16,545 nt of DNA. Source: Desulfurococcales archaeon (lineage in GTDB: Archaea > Thermoproteota > Thermoprotei_A > Sulfolobales > WAQK01). The notes beneath the pieces are model-generated. The model saw only the letters and a program-made list of their open reading frames with translations, had not been told where the DNA came from and ran no database searches. Shown in pieces: positions 14,905 through 16,545 of the stretch. The DNA lies in the NCBI GenBank assembly GCA_027083135.1, contig JALWQH010000031.1, forward strand, positions 1 to 16,545. The letters are read 5' to 3'. The number at the start of each line of letters is the position of its first letter. Position 1 is the stretch's first letter. A program made the position numbers and the translations under genes.

Positions 14905-16179
14905 TTGGGGAATATTAGGGGAGTCGACTACAGCGACCCTGCAGTCAGGTATAGGGGGGAGAGGATAATAGGCCTCCTCTCAAAGATTCTCGGGTTCAGA
15001 GGTAGAGGTAAGCCTATAGGAGTGGATCTAGCTATAGACGTGTTCTACGCATTGTTTCTCCCAGTCCCCATGCTCAGCGATTCAGGGGACCTGAAGGAAC
15101 GCATGATCCTTGAAGCTATGCTTAGGAGTCCAAGGCTAGCCGATGTGAAGAAGTATACGATAGCTGATAGCATAGCAAGCAGTGTAGCGGCAGCCTCGTT
15201 TCTCTACCACCTTCTAAACGCTTCTCAAAGCATGGAGAACATGTGGGGAGGCTCATCGAGCAATGATCGGGAGGAGAGCAGTAGGGGGCTTAGCAGCAGC
15301 GTGGATGAGGCGCTCAGAGAGGCTGCTAAGACTGCTGGCTCAGCTAAGGAGATAGAGGCAGCTGTGAACAGCGTGGCGGCGGGTTCTGGAAGCTATCTTA
15401 ACCTGGAGGACGCGCTGCAGGATGTTTACAGGCTCGCAGGAAGTACGGAGCTCAGGGAACTCTTAGAGTATTTGAGAAGCATCAAGGCCCTGAAGCCTGC
15501 AGTATCAATGAAGCGTAGGAGGAAGGCAAAGTATAGTCGGGGGGAGATAGAGGGATATGAGCTTGGATCAGACCTGGAGAGAGTTGAGCCGTCAGAGCTA
15601 GCCATACCCCAGATACTATTCTACGCCAAGATGGCTGAATCAAAGCTCACATTATATGAGAAGAAGCTTCCAGAGCCAATAGGCCCCATATATATGCTGC
15701 TCGACAAGAGCGGCAGTATGGTTGGCACGAAGATGCTGTGGGCCAAGGCTGTAACCATAGCTATGGCTAGGCGCGCCCTCTCAGAGGGAAGGGCGTTCTA
15801 CATAAGGTTCTTCGACAGTGTACCCTACCCTATGGTGAAGCTTAGGAGACGTGTGAGAGGAAGGGATGTAGCCAAGATGCTCGACTATATAGCCAGGATA
15901 AAGGCAAGCGGGGGAACAGATATAACTAGAGCCATACTCGCAGCAGTAGAGGATCTAAGGAGCCATAGGGTTGTGGGGCTAAGCGACATAGTCCTCGTCA
16001 CTGACGGTGAGGACAGGGTGACAGTGGATCTAGTTAAAGGCGAGCTTAGGAGGGCTAAGGCAAGGCTCTTCTCAGTCATGATACACGGCGACAACACTGA
16101 TCTCAGAGAGGCGTCAGACAAATATCTCAAGGTGACATCCCTCAGCACGGGCGATGTACTGAAGGTCATCGAGATATGA
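14905..16179 (+). CDS. von Willebrand factor A protein of the ViaA/CoxE-like type (VWA at the C-terminus), partner of the MoxR ATPase
   Basis: MIDAS motif in YMLLDKSGSMVG with downstream SGGTDI and VLVTDGED. The VWA domain is C-terminal, after a 250-aa helical/Ser-rich region, as in CoxE/ViaA. TTG start 2 nt after the MoxR stop. Confidence 0.85.
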   Translation: MGNIRGVDYSDPAVRYRGERIIGLLSKILGFRGRGKPIGVDLAIDVFYALFLPVPMLSDSGDLKERMILEAMLRSPRLADVKKYTIADSIASSVAAASFLYHLLNASQSMENMWGGSSSNDREESSRGLSSSVDEALREAAKTAGSAKEIEAAVNSVAAGSGSYLNLEDALQDVYRLAGSTELRELLEYLRSIKALKPAVSMKRRRKAKYSRGEIEGYELGSDLERVEPSELAIPQILFYAKMAESKLTLYEKKLPEPIGPIYMLLDKSGSMVGTKMLWAKAVTIAMARRALSEGRAFYIRFFDSVPYPMVKLRRRVRGRDVAKMLDYIARIKASGGTDITRAILAAVEDLRSHRVVGLSDIVLVTDGEDRVTVDLVKGELRRAKARLFSVMIHGDNTDLREASDKYLKVTSLSTGDVLKVIEI

Positions 16180-16189
16180 GGGGGAGACG

Positions 16190-16545
16190 TTGAAGCTGAT
16201 CTTCGCTGATGCTCATACTCATACGAACCCTGTATCAGGCCTGGGTGCGGGGAGAATAGCCGAAAAGTTCAGGGAGGCTGGAGGATGGTTCATGGCCCTA
16301 GTAGCACTCTCGCCACGCTACTATGAGGCTCCTAATAGAAGCTTCAATGACTATGTGAAAGCCATAGAAATACATGTCAAGCAGTGTAGAGAGGCGCGGG
16401 AGAGGGGTATGAAGGTTTCATGCCTAGCAGGATTCCACCCAGCAGACATGGATTTCCTGGTCGACAAGCAGGGCTTGAAGCCAAGTGAGGCAGTTAGGCT
16501 TGGCTACAGAGTCATAGATCACGTCGCCTCGCTCTGCAGGAAAGG
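16190..16545 (+). CDS. TatD-family/amidohydrolase-like metal-dependent hydrolase, 3'-truncated by the window edge
   Basis: N-terminus LKLIFADAHTHTNP is the D-x-H-x-H metal-binding start of TatD-type TIM-barrel hydrolases. TTG start 10 nt after the VWA stop. The ORF stays open to the window end. Confidence 0.6.
   Translation, partial: MKLIFADAHTHTNPVSGLGAGRIAEKFREAGGWFMALVALSPRYYEAPNRSFNDYVKAIEIHVKQCREARERGMKVSCLAGFHPADMDFLVDKQGLKPSEAVRLGYRVIDHVASLCRK

Noticed and set aside
1-16545. CRISPR arrays, tRNA/rRNA genes, transposases/integrases and prophage signatures
   Set aside because: No regularly spaced direct repeats. No tRNA-like T-arm (GGTTCRANYCC) outside coding regions. No recombinase-like ORFs. 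The window looks like stable chromosomal context.

Overview
The window reads as a chromosomal stretch from a hyperthermophilic crenarchaeon (Thermoproteota-like). Three things point that way: the single-OB-fold Sulfolobus-type SSB, sequon-rich secreted proteins, AT-rich TATA boxes about 25-50 nt ahead of start codons, frequent TTG/GTG starts and tightly coupled genes. Gene content is mostly housekeeping and envelope functions. On the + strand I see a 5'-truncated membrane ORF, a helical protein, an SPFH (YdjI/Band_7_1-like) protein fused to zinc ribbons, an MBL-fold hydrolase with a small zinc-finger ORF, an ABC-2 permease, a DedA/VTT membrane protein, a P-loop cDPG-synthetase-like protein, NadE, and a RavA-like MoxR ATPase followed by a ViaA/CoxE-like VWA protein and a TatD-like hydrolase. 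On the - strand I see a metallophosphoesterase, a thioredoxin-fold-like protein, an SBBP beta-propeller surface protein, and a four-gene run: GIY-YIG(DUF123) nuclease, SSB, PqqD/RRE-like protein, glycosylated transglutaminase-like protein. I found no CRISPR array, rRNA/tRNA, transposase or integrase. The most unusual things I can support are these: (i) an orphan PqqD/RRE-like gene whose TTG start overlaps the SSB stop codon; (ii) a RavA-ViaA-like pair coupled to a TatD-like hydrolase; (iii) an SPFH-Band_7_1 protein carrying a Pro-rich linker and three zinc ribbons, in a co-directional run with two uncharacterised genes; (iv) a candidate C/D-box sRNA in the 7.0 kb intergenic region. All functional calls come from motif recognition by eye, not from database searches.
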